A stretch of 64,000 nucleotides of DNA from a virus (lineage: Duplodnaviria > Caudoviricetes): IMG/VR virus record IMGVR_UViG_3300047157_000186; one strand, given 5' to 3'. The notes under the pieces were generated by a model, which did no database searches, was not told where the DNA came from, and saw nothing but the letters and a program-made list of their open reading frames with translations. The position numbers and the translations under genes were made by a program. This document shows, piece after piece, positions 1 to 9,783 of the stretch. How positions within the stretch are numbered: the first letter of the stretch is position 1; every line of letters starts with the position of its first letter.

Positions 1-1593
1 GAAGGTGTTGATATTGCTAGAGTTGTAGAAGCACAATGTCCAGGAGAATTTGAATTCCACTTTGTAGGTAATCAAGCTGAAAACTTTCAGAAATATTGGG
101 GACCAATTATGGAAAATCTACCCAGTAATGTCAAAGTTTGGGGTGAACAATCAAACGTAGAAACATTTATGAGTGCATGTGACGCATTTATGTTTAACTC
201 AACATGGGAGTGTAGTCCATTAGCATTGCGTGAAGCAATTGGGAGTGGATTAATTACATTCTCTAGGGACTTAGAACAATATAAGGACATGTTTACACCT
301 TACATAGTTCCATTCTCTAACGACCTCCATGAAAATGTTGATCAATTAATCAAAACACTCAAATCATCAAAGGATCAAGGAAAAAATATCCCAGATGATG
401 ATCTAGAACGCTTCAAGCAACAACATATAGAGTGGTACCAAACCTGTTTAGAGACCCCGAGAGCCAAACCAATAGCCAAAGCTCCTCGATGGAGATTAGA
501 GTACATTGATGGCCCACGCATAACATGTGAAGAAGTAGGTGACGAGCCACTGAGAGCCGAATTCTGGGACGGAGAGGATCTGATCTACAGTGTAGATAAC
601 ATGAAACGCGGCCATTGGTATCAGCCATCAAGACACTGGTGGACAGAGTGGACTGTAAAGATTTTGAGTAACGATCGACTGATTTACGAAGAGACACTAA
701 CACTTGAAGACCAAGAGCTGACCATAGAAATGGCGAGCTCATCACTCGGAGACACCATATCGTTTATGGGACAGTTACACGCAGTGATGTATACACACAA
801 GCCAACACGATTATATGTGAAGACACACAAACCCTGGCTGTTTGATCATGCATGGTACTTGGAAAGAGGTGTTGAATTCTTAGACTGGTCAGAGCCTACA
901 AAGGGAGCGCTAATGACCGTTGGAGTCTTTTATACCATGGAAGAGCCTTGGAAAAGACACGAGCACAAATACGATTGGAGAACTATAAGTCTGGGTAAAA
1001 TCGCTGCTGATAGAATTGGAGTTGAGTATCAAGAACAGAGACCTAAGTTGGCATCTGAATTCTTGAAAAAGACCTCAAACAGCGCGCGAAATCCAAGTTT
1101 AGTTATAGCAACTCAATCAACAGCACAAGCCAAGTATTGGAATAATCCAACTGGTTGGCAAGAGGTTATAGATTGGGCAAATAAAAATAATATTTCCGTT
1201 TCCCATGCTTCGAGCGAAGGTAGTGAATTGACTGGCATCGAACAGTTGCCAGAATCTTTAGAAGAGGTTGCTAAAGCAATTAATAACGCGGACATGTTTA
1301 TTGGAATTTCCTCTGGCTTGTCTTGGTTCGCTTGGGCACTTGGAACTAAAACCTGCATTATAAGTGGTTTTACTGATCCTTATGTGGAATTTAAAGATGC
1401 TATCTATATTAACAATCATCAAGTATGTCATGGTTGCTGGGGATGGGATACATTTGATAAAGGTGATTGGAATTGGTGTCCAGCATGGAAAGGAACTAAA
1501 AGACAATTTGAATGTACAAAACAAATTGGATCAGATAGAGTAATAGATGTAATAAATAATCACCTTCACGGTGTATTAATAGAAAATAAATAG
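1..1593 (+). CDS. 5'-truncated fusion of a GT-B (GT4-like) domain and an autotransporter O-heptosyltransferase-like (Aah/TibC, BAHT) domain
   Basis: Frame is open from base 1. Contains AFMFNSTWECSPLALREA, SSLGDT, STAQAKYW, FIGISSGLSWFAWA and the Cys cluster CHGC...WCP...FEC typical of BAHT enzymes. Confidence 0.75.
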   Translation, partial: EGVDIARVVEAQCPGEFEFHFVGNQAENFQKYWGPIMENLPSNVKVWGEQSNVETFMSACDAFMFNSTWECSPLALREAIGSGLITFSRDLEQYKDMFTPYIVPFSNDLHENVDQLIKTLKSSKDQGKNIPDDDLERFKQQHIEWYQTCLETPRAKPIAKAPRWRLEYIDGPRITCEEVGDEPLRAEFWDGEDLIYSVDNMKRGHWYQPSRHWWTEWTVKILSNDRLIYEETLTLEDQELTIEMASSSLGDTISFMGQLHAVMYTHKPTRLYVKTHKPWLFDHAWYLERGVEFLDWSEPTKGALMTVGVFYTMEEPWKRHEHKYDWRTISLGKIAADRIGVEYQEQRPKLASEFLKKTSNSARNPSLVIATQSTAQAKYWNNPTGWQEVIDWANKNNISVSHASSEGSELTGIEQLPESLEEVAKAINNADMFIGISSGLSWFAWALGTKTCIISGFTDPYVEFKDAIYINNHQVCHGCWGWDTFDKGDWNWCPAWKGTKRQFECTKQIGSDRVIDVINNHLHGVLIENK

Positions 1594-1594
1594 A

Positions 1595-2485
1595 ATGAGT
1601 AAAAGAGCAATAGTAACAGGAGGTGCAGGTTTTATTGGCACACATTTAGTAAAAAGACTTTTAAATCTAGGATGGCAAGTAACTGTTATAGATAATTTTA
1701 GTACTGGATCTATAGACAACATTAAAGATTTAGGGTGTGACTTTATAGAAGAACACATACATAATCCAATTATTCAAACATGGGAAATACAACATGATGC
1801 ATTATTTCATCTTGCGGCTCCTGTTTCTGTTGAAGAAAGTTTGAGTAATCCTAGTAAATACTATGAAGAAATTGTTGGAGGTACAACTAATATGGTTGAG
1901 TGGTCTTTAAAACAAGGTAACAAAAATATTATTATCGCATCTACTGCTGCAATTTATGGAGACTCAGATAATTTACCATATAAAGAATCTGGTGCAATTA
2001 ATCCTATTAGTCCATACGCAAGAGCAAAAAGAATGACTGAATTACTATTAGAAGATGAATTTAAAACTAATCCCTTTAAAGGCACTGCATTAAGATTCTT
2101 TAATGTTTATGGAGAAGGTCAAAGAAATGAAGGTGGTTATTTAAGTGCTGTTCCTATTTTCTTAAATCAATTTGAATCTTTTAAACCAATTACTGTTACT
2201 GGTGATGGCCAACAAACCAGAGATTGGGTTTATGTTGGTGATGTGGTTTCTGCGTGTATTGATGCCTATAATAGTACTGATAATGACGGAATTAAAATAA
2301 TGAATGTTGCATCAGGTCAGGAAACTAGTGTTATGGATTTAGCCGAAGCTTTTGGTGGAATTATTACACATATAGAAGAAAGATTAGAACCTAAAAGATC
2401 AGTAGCAGATATTAGTAAAATAAAAGAGACATTAAATTGGAAACCCGAAACCAACCTACTATCATGGGTAAAACAAATAAAATAA
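1595..2485 (+). CDS. NAD-dependent sugar epimerase/dehydratase (extended SDR)
   Basis: GGAGFIG, YxxxK (YARAK), LRFFNVYG, GDGQQTRDWVYV. Confidence 0.9.
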   Translation: MSKRAIVTGGAGFIGTHLVKRLLNLGWQVTVIDNFSTGSIDNIKDLGCDFIEEHIHNPIIQTWEIQHDALFHLAAPVSVEESLSNPSKYYEEIVGGTTNMVEWSLKQGNKNIIIASTAAIYGDSDNLPYKESGAINPISPYARAKRMTELLLEDEFKTNPFKGTALRFFNVYGEGQRNEGGYLSAVPIFLNQFESFKPITVTGDGQQTRDWVYVGDVVSACIDAYNSTDNDGIKIMNVASGQETSVMDLAEAFGGIITHIEERLEPKRSVADISKIKETLNWKPETNLLSWVKQIK

Positions 2486-3129
2486 TGAACTACAAGATTT
2501 TTTTTATTGCAGCATTTGTTGCATTTAGCACATTAATTAGTGCACAAGAAGATGAATTAAATATCATAGATGTAAAAACAGATATCTACGAAATTACATA
2601 TTCACAAACATATCAACAACCATTAATGGTAAAATATACTGTTATTTGTGATGCAACTGCACCATCATATCCTAGACATGGCATAAGCTTTACAAAAGTA
2701 GAAGGTATTAAAACATCATCTTCTTCAGATTATAGTGATAATGTATGGGATAAAGGTCACATGGCGCCAGCAAATACATTCTCATGTAAAAAGGAATGGT
2801 TAGAAACTACATTTACTTATACTAATTGTGCATTACAACATCAGAATTTAAATAGAGGAGCGTGGGCTGCATTAGAAGGATTTGAAAGAGATTTAGCTGC
2901 AATATACGATGACATTGAAGTTGATATTACTATTTATTTTTCAGAAGAATGGACTACTAATTCAGATCCAGCAAGAATACCTTCTAATTTTATTAAGACT
3001 CTATCTTGGATAGAAGATGGTGGAAAACATAGATCAATCTCCTTTGATTTTCCAAATGAAAACACTAAAGGTAAATCCTTCTGGTCATTTAAATTAAAAG
3101 ATGGAGATTGGAACGGTAAAGAAGAATAA
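2485..3129 (+). CDS. Secreted DNA/RNA non-specific endonuclease (NucA-like)
   Basis: Signal peptide (ISA|QE) from the ATG at 2485; DKGHMAPA and NCALQHQNLNRGAW motifs. Confidence 0.85.
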   Translation: MNYKIFFIAAFVAFSTLISAQEDELNIIDVKTDIYEITYSQTYQQPLMVKYTVICDATAPSYPRHGISFTKVEGIKTSSSSDYSDNVWDKGHMAPANTFSCKKEWLETTFTYTNCALQHQNLNRGAWAALEGFERDLAAIYDDIEVDITIYFSEEWTTNSDPARIPSNFIKTLSWIEDGGKHRSISFDFPNENTKGKSFWSFKLKDGDWNGKEE

Positions 3130-3130
3130 T

Positions 3131-3367
3131 ATGAGAAAACTATTAATAGCATTTGGTAATCTATTCGACATAGGTTGGTGGGCAAATAAAATCAATACTA
3201 AATTAGGTCTATATAAATGGGCTAAAAAGTCTAGATTTCGTAAATGGCAAGAAGGTCTAACAGGATGGAAATTCTGGGCATGGCAAATAGTAGGTGGAAT
3301 TACATTTATAATCATTTTTGAATTTATATTTAATAAAATAGGCATAACAATGTTACCATGGAAATAA
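3131..3367 (+). CDS. Small membrane protein
   Basis: Trp/Lys-rich with a C-terminal hydrophobic helix; start moved to MRKLL. Confidence 0.6.
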   Translation: MRKLLIAFGNLFDIGWWANKINTKLGLYKWAKKSRFRKWQEGLTGWKFWAWQIVGGITFIIIFEFIFNKIGITMLPWK

Positions 3368-3765
3368 TGAAAAAAGGAGTAATTTGTGGAAATTTTGATG
3401 TAATACACCCAGGATATATTAAAATGTTTAAAGAGTGTGCTGCTAATTGTGATTGTTTAATAGTTTTATTACATACTGATCCATCAATTGAAAGACCCCA
3501 TAAACTGAAGCCAATATTATCTGTAGAAGAAAGAACAGAAATGTTACTAGAATTAAAATCAGTTTGTGGCGTACATATTTATACATACGAAGCACAGTTA
3601 TTAGATCTACTTAAAATGGGTGAATTTAATGTAAGATTTCTGGGAGATGATTATATTGATAAACCATTTACTGGTGATAATTTAAATATACCAATTCATT
3701 ATTTAAACAGAGATCACGGTTGGTCTACAACAAAATTCAAGAAACTTATAGCTAAAACAGTTTAG
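3367..3765 (+). CDS. Cytidylyltransferase-family nucleotidyltransferase (TagD/HldE-II-like)
   Basis: GNFDVIHPGY (HxGH variant), KPILSVEER, LGDDY, WSTT. Confidence 0.8.
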   Translation: MKKGVICGNFDVIHPGYIKMFKECAANCDCLIVLLHTDPSIERPHKLKPILSVEERTEMLLELKSVCGVHIYTYEAQLLDLLKMGEFNVRFLGDDYIDKPFTGDNLNIPIHYLNRDHGWSTTKFKKLIAKTV

Positions 3766-4121
3766 TTACACTCTCCGTAGTTTGATAAAAAGGTAAGCAG
3801 ATCCTCTGCTCCTACAATTCCATCTCCATCAAAATCACCTTCACATTCTGTTTGAACACACGAAGCATAATTAGGATGTTCTGTTAATAGAGGAAATACA
3901 TAACCATCTCCATTTAAAACGAAAGCAGTACCGATATCTGCACAGAAGATTATAGTATAACCTCCAGCTGGCAAGCCAAAATAATGTGCACCACCATCAC
4001 AATCTTGATATTGAAAGTTAGTCCATTTTTCAGCACCAACAGAGGTAAAGACATGTTGATTGCATTGTGCTACCGTATAAAAAGGTAGAAGAAATAGTAG
4101 GGAAATAATTAATGATTTCAT
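3762..4121 (-). CDS. Secreted Cys-rich protein with a C-terminal dockerin/EF-hand-like motif
   Basis: Signal peptide (TVA|QC); C-terminal CEGDFDGDGIVGAEDLLTFLSNYG. Confidence 0.7.
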   Translation of the reverse strand: MKSLIISLLFLLPFYTVAQCNQHVFTSVGAEKWTNFQYQDCDGGAHYFGLPAGGYTIIFCADIGTAFVLNGDGYVFPLLTEHPNYASCVQTECEGDFDGDGIVGAEDLLTFLSNYGECN

Positions 4122-4122
4122 G

Positions 4123-5401
4123 TTATCTAAATATTGTTATGTGTCCGTGTCTTTGGAATACTTCTGTAGATCCAAATTTCTTAGCGTAAAATGTATATGT
4201 GTAAACTCCATCAGATAGCATAGTGATCACCACCATTGACACTACCATCCCAATAAGGATATGAATCATAATAATCACCCTTACCAGAGTAGATCATGTC
4301 TCCCCATCTATTAAATATTTTAAATTCCACATCTACCCAACAATCTAAATCATAAACCATTTTCCATGTATCATTTAAGCCATCATTATTTGGTGTAAAT
4401 GTATTTGGAAGATAAACTGAAGTCCAATCTGGGCAAACTAAACCAGGATCATCAATACATTCTAATCCAGTTTCACAATCAATAGTAATATACTCATAAA
4501 TAGTATCTGTTAAGAATTCATATACAATCACTTCAACAGTATCGACAGTTGTGATAAAAAGAGTGTCAGTAACATATTCTGTAATGTACTCAATTTCAGT
4601 AACAGTATCAGTAATAAAGACTTCAACAAAAACCTCGACATCAACATATACAGTATCAATAGTTTCTACATAAAGAGTATCAGTAATAAAATTGTCTACA
4701 TATTCAATAATAGTATCAGTTACATAAAGAGTATCAATAGTTTCTATGTAAATCGTATCAGTAATGTATTCGATTATAGTGTCAGGTACACAAGGATCAT
4801 AGCAAACAGCTATTCTATTATCATCTATATTAATATCAGGATATGTCTGTGTCTGATTAAAACTATTACCAACAGTCCATCCGTTATCTGGAAAATCATC
4901 ATAACCTGCAGTTTGAGAAAGATTAATCTGCCATATTACTACTTCCCAACAATATCCCTCAAGGGGCGTGGCTAAAATACACTCCCAGGCAAATGGTGGA
5001 TTTATATTAATAGTAACGACATCTCCAGTTTCCCAACCACCCCAATTTGTAACATTAGTATATGACCAACCTGGATGAAATGTTGTAGAAGTACAATCTG
5101 TGTTTTCTCCTAAGTCTTCTCCAGTGATTTCATTTACATAATGAATACCAAAAACAAGATGAGATACATTTTCATTATTATTTACGGAACTAGATCCATT
5201 GCCATCGCAAGTATTTTCATCCCACTGAGTAAATTCATTACATCCACAGTTTTCTGCATTAACAAATTCAATTACAAAAGAATGGTCATCTTCTGTTGTG
5301 ACAGGTGGTGTTTGACTTATGAGTGTTAAATCACAGGTTTGCGCATATGCGCTAGTAACTAGAAAAAGCCCCAGAAAGGCTATCATTGAGTATTTCAGCA
5401 T
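4123..5401 (-). CDS. T9SS type B cargo (gliding-motility-associated CTD); one frameshift near 4218
   Basis: Likely start MLKYSMIA at 5401 with SAYA|QT; DT(I/L/V)Y repeats; YLPNTFTPNNDGLNDTW...IFNRWG...YWDG, continuing after a +1 indel as DGVYTYTFYAK...GHITIFR*. Confidence 0.85.
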
Positions 5402-5430
5402 TTGTAAAAAAAAAAAGTGTTTAAGAGTTC

Positions 5431-5469
5431 TAGGCCGAGAAGTTAAGTGTCGCCGTTGCGACTGGCCTA
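5431..5469 (-). promoter_or_regulatory. Structured 5' leader of the T9SS-B gene
   Basis: TAGGCC/GGCCTA outer stem enclosing a GTCGC-AACG-GCGAC hairpin; GC-rich in an AT-rich context. Confidence 0.45.
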
Positions 5470-5472
5470 ATG

Positions 5473-5502
5473 TTATATATCTTCTAGAATATAGATATAT
5501 AA
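5473..5502. promoter_or_regulatory. Back-to-back GATATATAA motifs (putative divergent late promoters)
   Basis: Minus copy at 5473-5481 and plus copy at 5494-5502, between divergent genes. Confidence 0.5.
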
Positions 5503-5573
5503 TATAATAATAAAAAAAATATGTTAGTCTAGCCTCTTCCGATAAATGTATTGTGCCTGACTTGATGTAGTAT

Positions 5574-6767
5574 ATGAGATACTTCAAATTATTGCTCTTA
5601 TGTTTTATCCTGGCGACACCTATCGTCCATGCACAAACTACTACAGTAAACTTAAGGTCACTTAAGACTCATTATGGTGGGAATCAATCAGGTCAATATT
5701 ATACAGGTAATGCTAACTCGCACTCAGAATTTGACGCTATGGTTAATCTTGCCGATGGCGGTACTACACTCTATACATGGGGACCTATAGATATAACAAG
5801 TTACCAAGGCCCAAGAGGTGGTAATCATACTCCTTATCAACTATGGAATCCACCAAGATGGGGCAGTCAAAGATATGCAATTATCTATTCCGGTTGGTTT
5901 AAACCTAACAAATCAGGTACATATCGATTTAGAACTTTCACAGATGACTCACATGAGTTTATGATTAAAGGTATTGGTAAGACTAATGATATAGTTACTA
6001 AACATTATGGTTGGAATACATGGGCTTATGGTACGGCAACCTTAGATAAAGATACATGGTATGAGTTTGAATATAGAATTCAAAATTTTGGTGGTATAGG
6101 TGCTGCAAATTTTCAATATGAAATACCTGCTAACTATAATACAGGTCAATTTAATCAACTCAGTCCCAGTCATCCATTTGCAGAATGGTCTACTACTGAA
6201 CCTATTGACCCTATCACAGCATCTGGTTATATTAAAGGAGCAGAAGAACAAGGTATTGCAGGACAAACAGTTTACCTAAAGACACAGAATAAAAACCAAG
6301 TAGGTTTCTCATATACAACACAAGAAACTACAACAACAGATTCAAATGGATATTATTCATTTAATACTACGTTAGATTACAACGATTACGATTTTACAAT
6401 AGACATCGCTCCGACAATAGGAACGCTTACAACTTCAGATATTAACTGGTTTCAAGACAGATTACTATCAGATACAGTTAGTTCTAAAGATTATTGGAGA
6501 CTTGATGTAAATAATACAGGTTCATTTTCTGCCTCTGACATTTATCTAATGCACCAGAAGAGACAAGGTAACATTTCCAGTTACCCTGGTGGAGGACAAG
6601 AAATATGGAACACAAATTCCTGGCAAAACCCGACCATTTGGCCGGCAGTTGCTGCGGATTCAGACGACAAATCACAACTCTCCGGATACGGAGCATGGTC
6701 CCTCTTTGATTTAGCCAATGGAAATCAAACAACTTTCTATGTAATAAGAGCGGGTCATAAAAACTAA
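5574..6767 (+). CDS. Secreted PA14-domain protein with a dockerin-like C-terminus
   Basis: IVHA|QT; YSGWFKPNKSGTYRFRTFTDD (PA14); LTTSD...LDVNNTGSFSASD repeat pair. Confidence 0.75.
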   Translation: MRYFKLLLLCFILATPIVHAQTTTVNLRSLKTHYGGNQSGQYYTGNANSHSEFDAMVNLADGGTTLYTWGPIDITSYQGPRGGNHTPYQLWNPPRWGSQRYAIIYSGWFKPNKSGTYRFRTFTDDSHEFMIKGIGKTNDIVTKHYGWNTWAYGTATLDKDTWYEFEYRIQNFGGIGAANFQYEIPANYNTGQFNQLSPSHPFAEWSTTEPIDPITASGYIKGAEEQGIAGQTVYLKTQNKNQVGFSYTTQETTTTDSNGYYSFNTTLDYNDYDFTIDIAPTIGTLTTSDINWFQDRLLSDTVSSKDYWRLDVNNTGSFSASDIYLMHQKRQGNISSYPGGGQEIWNTNSWQNPTIWPAVAADSDDKSQLSGYGAWSLFDLANGNQTTFYVIRAGHKN

Positions 6768-6783
6768 AAATAATTAAAAACAA

Positions 6784-7878
6784 ATGAAATTAAAAAACAT
6801 TCTTCTAACACTGGCTTTAGCTATCAGTACAATGACTGTCTTCGGGCAGACGACTGCGCCTGATGCAACAAAGCCCTATGTTATTTTTGATTCAACGTAC
6901 ACTTTAGAATCTACTGGTTCGAGCTCAAACACTGAGTTTGATATTTACTATGATAACACGTCTGGTAATGCAGTTAAAGGTATTCAGTTTTCGTTTAATT
7001 ATGATAACACAGTATTTGATGAACCAACAGTAGCATATAACAATACATCTGGCCCAGCTGGATATTTGTCGTATGATGTTGATTCAACAAACGGAGTAGT
7101 AAAAGTAGTATGGGTTTATACTGGAGCATCTACCACTTTCGATATGATTGCTGGTAATATGTTTACAGTAAACGCACCTTTTCTATCAAATTACACAAAC
7201 GGAGCAGTTGCTGACGTAGATTTTACTACTGATCTTACTGCTTATTATGTAAAGGCTGATGGAACAGATGGAGCTCTAGGTACACAAGATAATGGTGGTA
7301 ACTTTATAGAACCTGCATTTGATTATGTAGCAACTATCTTAAATAGTGGAACAAATCCAGCTGAATCTATTCCTGTGATTTTACAGAAATCATCAGATGG
7401 AAATACTTGGACAGATGTAACTACAGTAACAACGGCAGCAGACGGAACAGCAACATTCTCAGAAAGCTTAGACCAATCTTACTGGCAAATTAGACTTAAG
7501 ATTGCAAGTGGACTAGATGCAAGTACGGCACTATCAACTGCAGATGCTAATATGATCGCACAAATTGCTGCGGGAGTACAATCAGCCTCTGGTATTCAGT
7601 TCTATACTGCAAATCCAAATCAAGCTACTGGAATTACAGCATCGGATTCTTACTTAGTATTCTCTAGATTAGCACAAGGTAACTCAAGTTACGCTTCTAA
7701 TCCAGATGTATTATTCTTTACTGAAGCACAATATAATACTATTAATGCTTCAAGTTCAGATCAGTCAAGTTCAATTCCAGGACTATCAGTATTTTTATCT
7801 CCACAAATTAATGGAACTACCACTGGTAATTTCTACCTATTAATATTAGGTGATGCCAACGGTACAGGTTTAAATTAA
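6784..7878 (+). CDS. Secreted cohesin-like plus dockerin-like protein
   Basis: VFG|QT; VKGIQFSFNYDNTVF (cohesin-like); LSTADANMIAQ...GITASDSYLVF (degenerate dockerin pair). Confidence 0.65.
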   Translation: MKLKNILLTLALAISTMTVFGQTTAPDATKPYVIFDSTYTLESTGSSSNTEFDIYYDNTSGNAVKGIQFSFNYDNTVFDEPTVAYNNTSGPAGYLSYDVDSTNGVVKVVWVYTGASTTFDMIAGNMFTVNAPFLSNYTNGAVADVDFTTDLTAYYVKADGTDGALGTQDNGGNFIEPAFDYVATILNSGTNPAESIPVILQKSSDGNTWTDVTTVTTAADGTATFSESLDQSYWQIRLKIASGLDASTALSTADANMIAQIAAGVQSASGIQFYTANPNQATGITASDSYLVFSRLAQGNSSYASNPDVLFFTEAQYNTINASSSDQSSSIPGLSVFLSPQINGTTTGNFYLLILGDANGTGLN

Positions 7879-7879
7879 T

Positions 7880-8617
7880 ATGAGGAATATACTACTAACA
7901 ATATTAGTATTGTTCACCACATGTGCACAATCTCAGGTCGTATTTAACGTACCTGAGATTGATGTGCCTGTTAGTGAGTATATTAATCTGCCTGTAGAAA
8001 TTGAAACTTCAGGCGAAGATGTTGGTAGTTTAGAATTTGCATTGAAATATGATCCAGACTATTTAGAGTTTGTATCGATTACTGTGACACCTAAAGCTCA
8101 AGAGTGGTTAACATATACTATGGACTGGGAAGGTGAAACTGTTAGATGGGGCGGTTATGACGCTTCCTTCGGTAATTTTACTATAATTAATACAACAGAA
8201 TTATTTACGGTAAGATTTAGGGTTACTAATCAAGATTGGGACACAATTCCAATTACGATTGGTAGAAAAACAGCTGGCACAGAATTAGGATGGGACATTG
8301 ATGTTGAAAACACAGATGGTTACGTGAATAAACGATCAATGCCATTTGATACTAGGCCAACTGATGGTATTTATGGAATTGTTTATCCAGTTCCAACAAA
8401 AGGTCCAATTACATTTGACCTGACAGTACCAGACAATGGCGATTATATTGTCAGAGTATTAAACTATGGTGGTTCAGAATTTTTAAAAGAAAGTAAAAGA
8501 TTCTTTGCAGGATGGGTACAATTTCAAATGGATCTATCTTCATTACCACAAGGTGTTTATCTCTTACAAGTTACTAATGGCCAATTTGTTAAAACATTTA
8601 AAACCATAAAAAAATAA
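7880..8617 (+). CDS. Cohesin-like protein with a T9SS type A CTD
   Basis: AQS|QV; VGSLEFALKYDPDYLEF; C-terminal VYPVP...DLSSLPQGVYLLQV...KTFKTIKK. Confidence 0.8.
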   Translation: MRNILLTILVLFTTCAQSQVVFNVPEIDVPVSEYINLPVEIETSGEDVGSLEFALKYDPDYLEFVSITVTPKAQEWLTYTMDWEGETVRWGGYDASFGNFTIINTTELFTVRFRVTNQDWDTIPITIGRKTAGTELGWDIDVENTDGYVNKRSMPFDTRPTDGIYGIVYPVPTKGPITFDLTVPDNGDYIVRVLNYGGSEFLKESKRFFAGWVQFQMDLSSLPQGVYLLQVTNGQFVKTFKTIKK

Positions 8618-8624
8618 CTTAATA

Positions 8625-8816
8625 ATGAGAAAGAAGATGATTGCACTGTCGTTAAGTTCAATACTACTATTTGGATGTGGAGCTACAAAGCCTACTTCAG
8701 ATGGATGTTGCGAGAAAAAAGTACTAACACAAAAAGAAGCTGATGAGAAGATCATGAATGGTCTACTATTTACATTAGTAACTTATATAATACTTAGTAC
8801 ATTAAAAATAAACTAA
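8625..8816 (+). CDS. Small lipoprotein with a C-terminal hydrophobic helix
   Basis: Lipobox LFG-C; C-terminal TM-like segment. Confidence 0.6.
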   Translation: MRKKMIALSLSSILLFGCGATKPTSDGCCEKKVLTQKEADEKIMNGLLFTLVTYIILSTLKIN

Positions 8817-8821
8817 GAAGA

Positions 8822-9085
8822 ATGTCAGATAAAAAAGAAAACAAATTCTTTTCTGAAATTAAAAATCAAATCATTGCCGGCGTTGGCTTAGTCATCGCCG
8901 CTGGGTTTGGTATCTTTATTACTAACATGGAAGGTTGGTTATCTCCAAAAAAGGAACCTACTCCAGTTGTAGTACAAGATAGTATTCCGGCTCAACCACA
9001 AATTATTATTAATAATATAGTGGAAAAGAAGGAAGCACCAAAAGTGATTGTTAAAGAAAAGAAAGAAGACGAAATAACATGGTAA
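8822..9085 (+). CDS. Single-pass membrane protein
   Basis: One TM segment followed by a Pro/Val/Lys-rich tail. Confidence 0.65.
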   Translation: MSDKKENKFFSEIKNQIIAGVGLVIAAGFGIFITNMEGWLSPKKEPTPVVVQDSIPAQPQIIINNIVEKKEAPKVIVKEKKEDEITW

Positions 9086-9783
9086 GATTATTTACACTGG
9101 TCTTTTTGTTAGTTACCTTTACAGTTAATGCTCAAATAGGTAAAACTGAGACTGAAGACTATAAAGCTAGTTTTGAACAAAAAGCAGACATCGATGAGGT
9201 ATCTGACTATATGTTAGATTATCAATTGCCTATTCAAGTATTAAATATAGGCTTTACACCAGAACTATATGAATTCTATCCAGAATTGAGAGAGAATAGA
9301 GTTGGTTTAGGTGTTAGTAATATTACTCTGTCTTATTTAGAATGGACAGATAGATTTCTATTTACAGAAGATAAAGAAGAAATCAAACAGAGAATGGTTA
9401 AGCAACATAAAGCTGCAGCAAAAGGTATATCGGCAAATGATATTAAAGTTGTAGGTAATGTTGTGTTAGCAGAGTATTTTGTATATGTAGAAATATATGA
9501 CTATTCAGTATCTGAGGAAGAAGAAGTTACAGTTGATGGAGTAAAGACTGTACTAAAAACTATTATTGGTATGCAAGTAAGATTTGTTAATGCTGAAACT
9601 GGAACTATTTTCACAGGCAGTGGAAGTGGTGAAGCAGTCACGATTAAAAGATCAAAGATTGGTGAAGACAATGTTGTCAAATTCAATCAATCAACAATTG
9701 GTATTGCAACTAAGAAAGCCCTAGAATCTGGAACTGCTCGTATCGTAAAAAGAATGATAAAGCGTGGGATATTTGAAGAATAA
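9079..9783 (+). CDS. CsgG/HfaB-like secreted protein
   Basis: VNA|QI; GLGVSNITLSYL..TDRF...; IGMQVRFVNAETGTIFTGSGSG; C-terminal helix IGIATKKALE. Confidence 0.7.
   Translation: MVRLFTLVFLLVTFTVNAQIGKTETEDYKASFEQKADIDEVSDYMLDYQLPIQVLNIGFTPELYEFYPELRENRVGLGVSNITLSYLEWTDRFLFTEDKEEIKQRMVKQHKAAAKGISANDIKVVGNVVLAEYFVYVEIYDYSVSEEEEVTVDGVKTVLKTIIGMQVRFVNAETGTIFTGSGSGEAVTIKRSKIGEDNVVKFNQSTIGIATKKALESGTARIVKRMIKRGIFEE

Noticed and set aside
5402-5587. N-terminal extension of the 458-aa minus ORF
   Set aside because: It runs through promoter motifs, a hairpin and an 11-nt homopolymer. The signal peptide begins at 5401.
8625-8816. Unimolecular spanin
   Set aside because: The lipobox plus C-terminal TM fits the topology, but the intervening segment (about 25 aa) seems too short and no lysis genes are adjacent.
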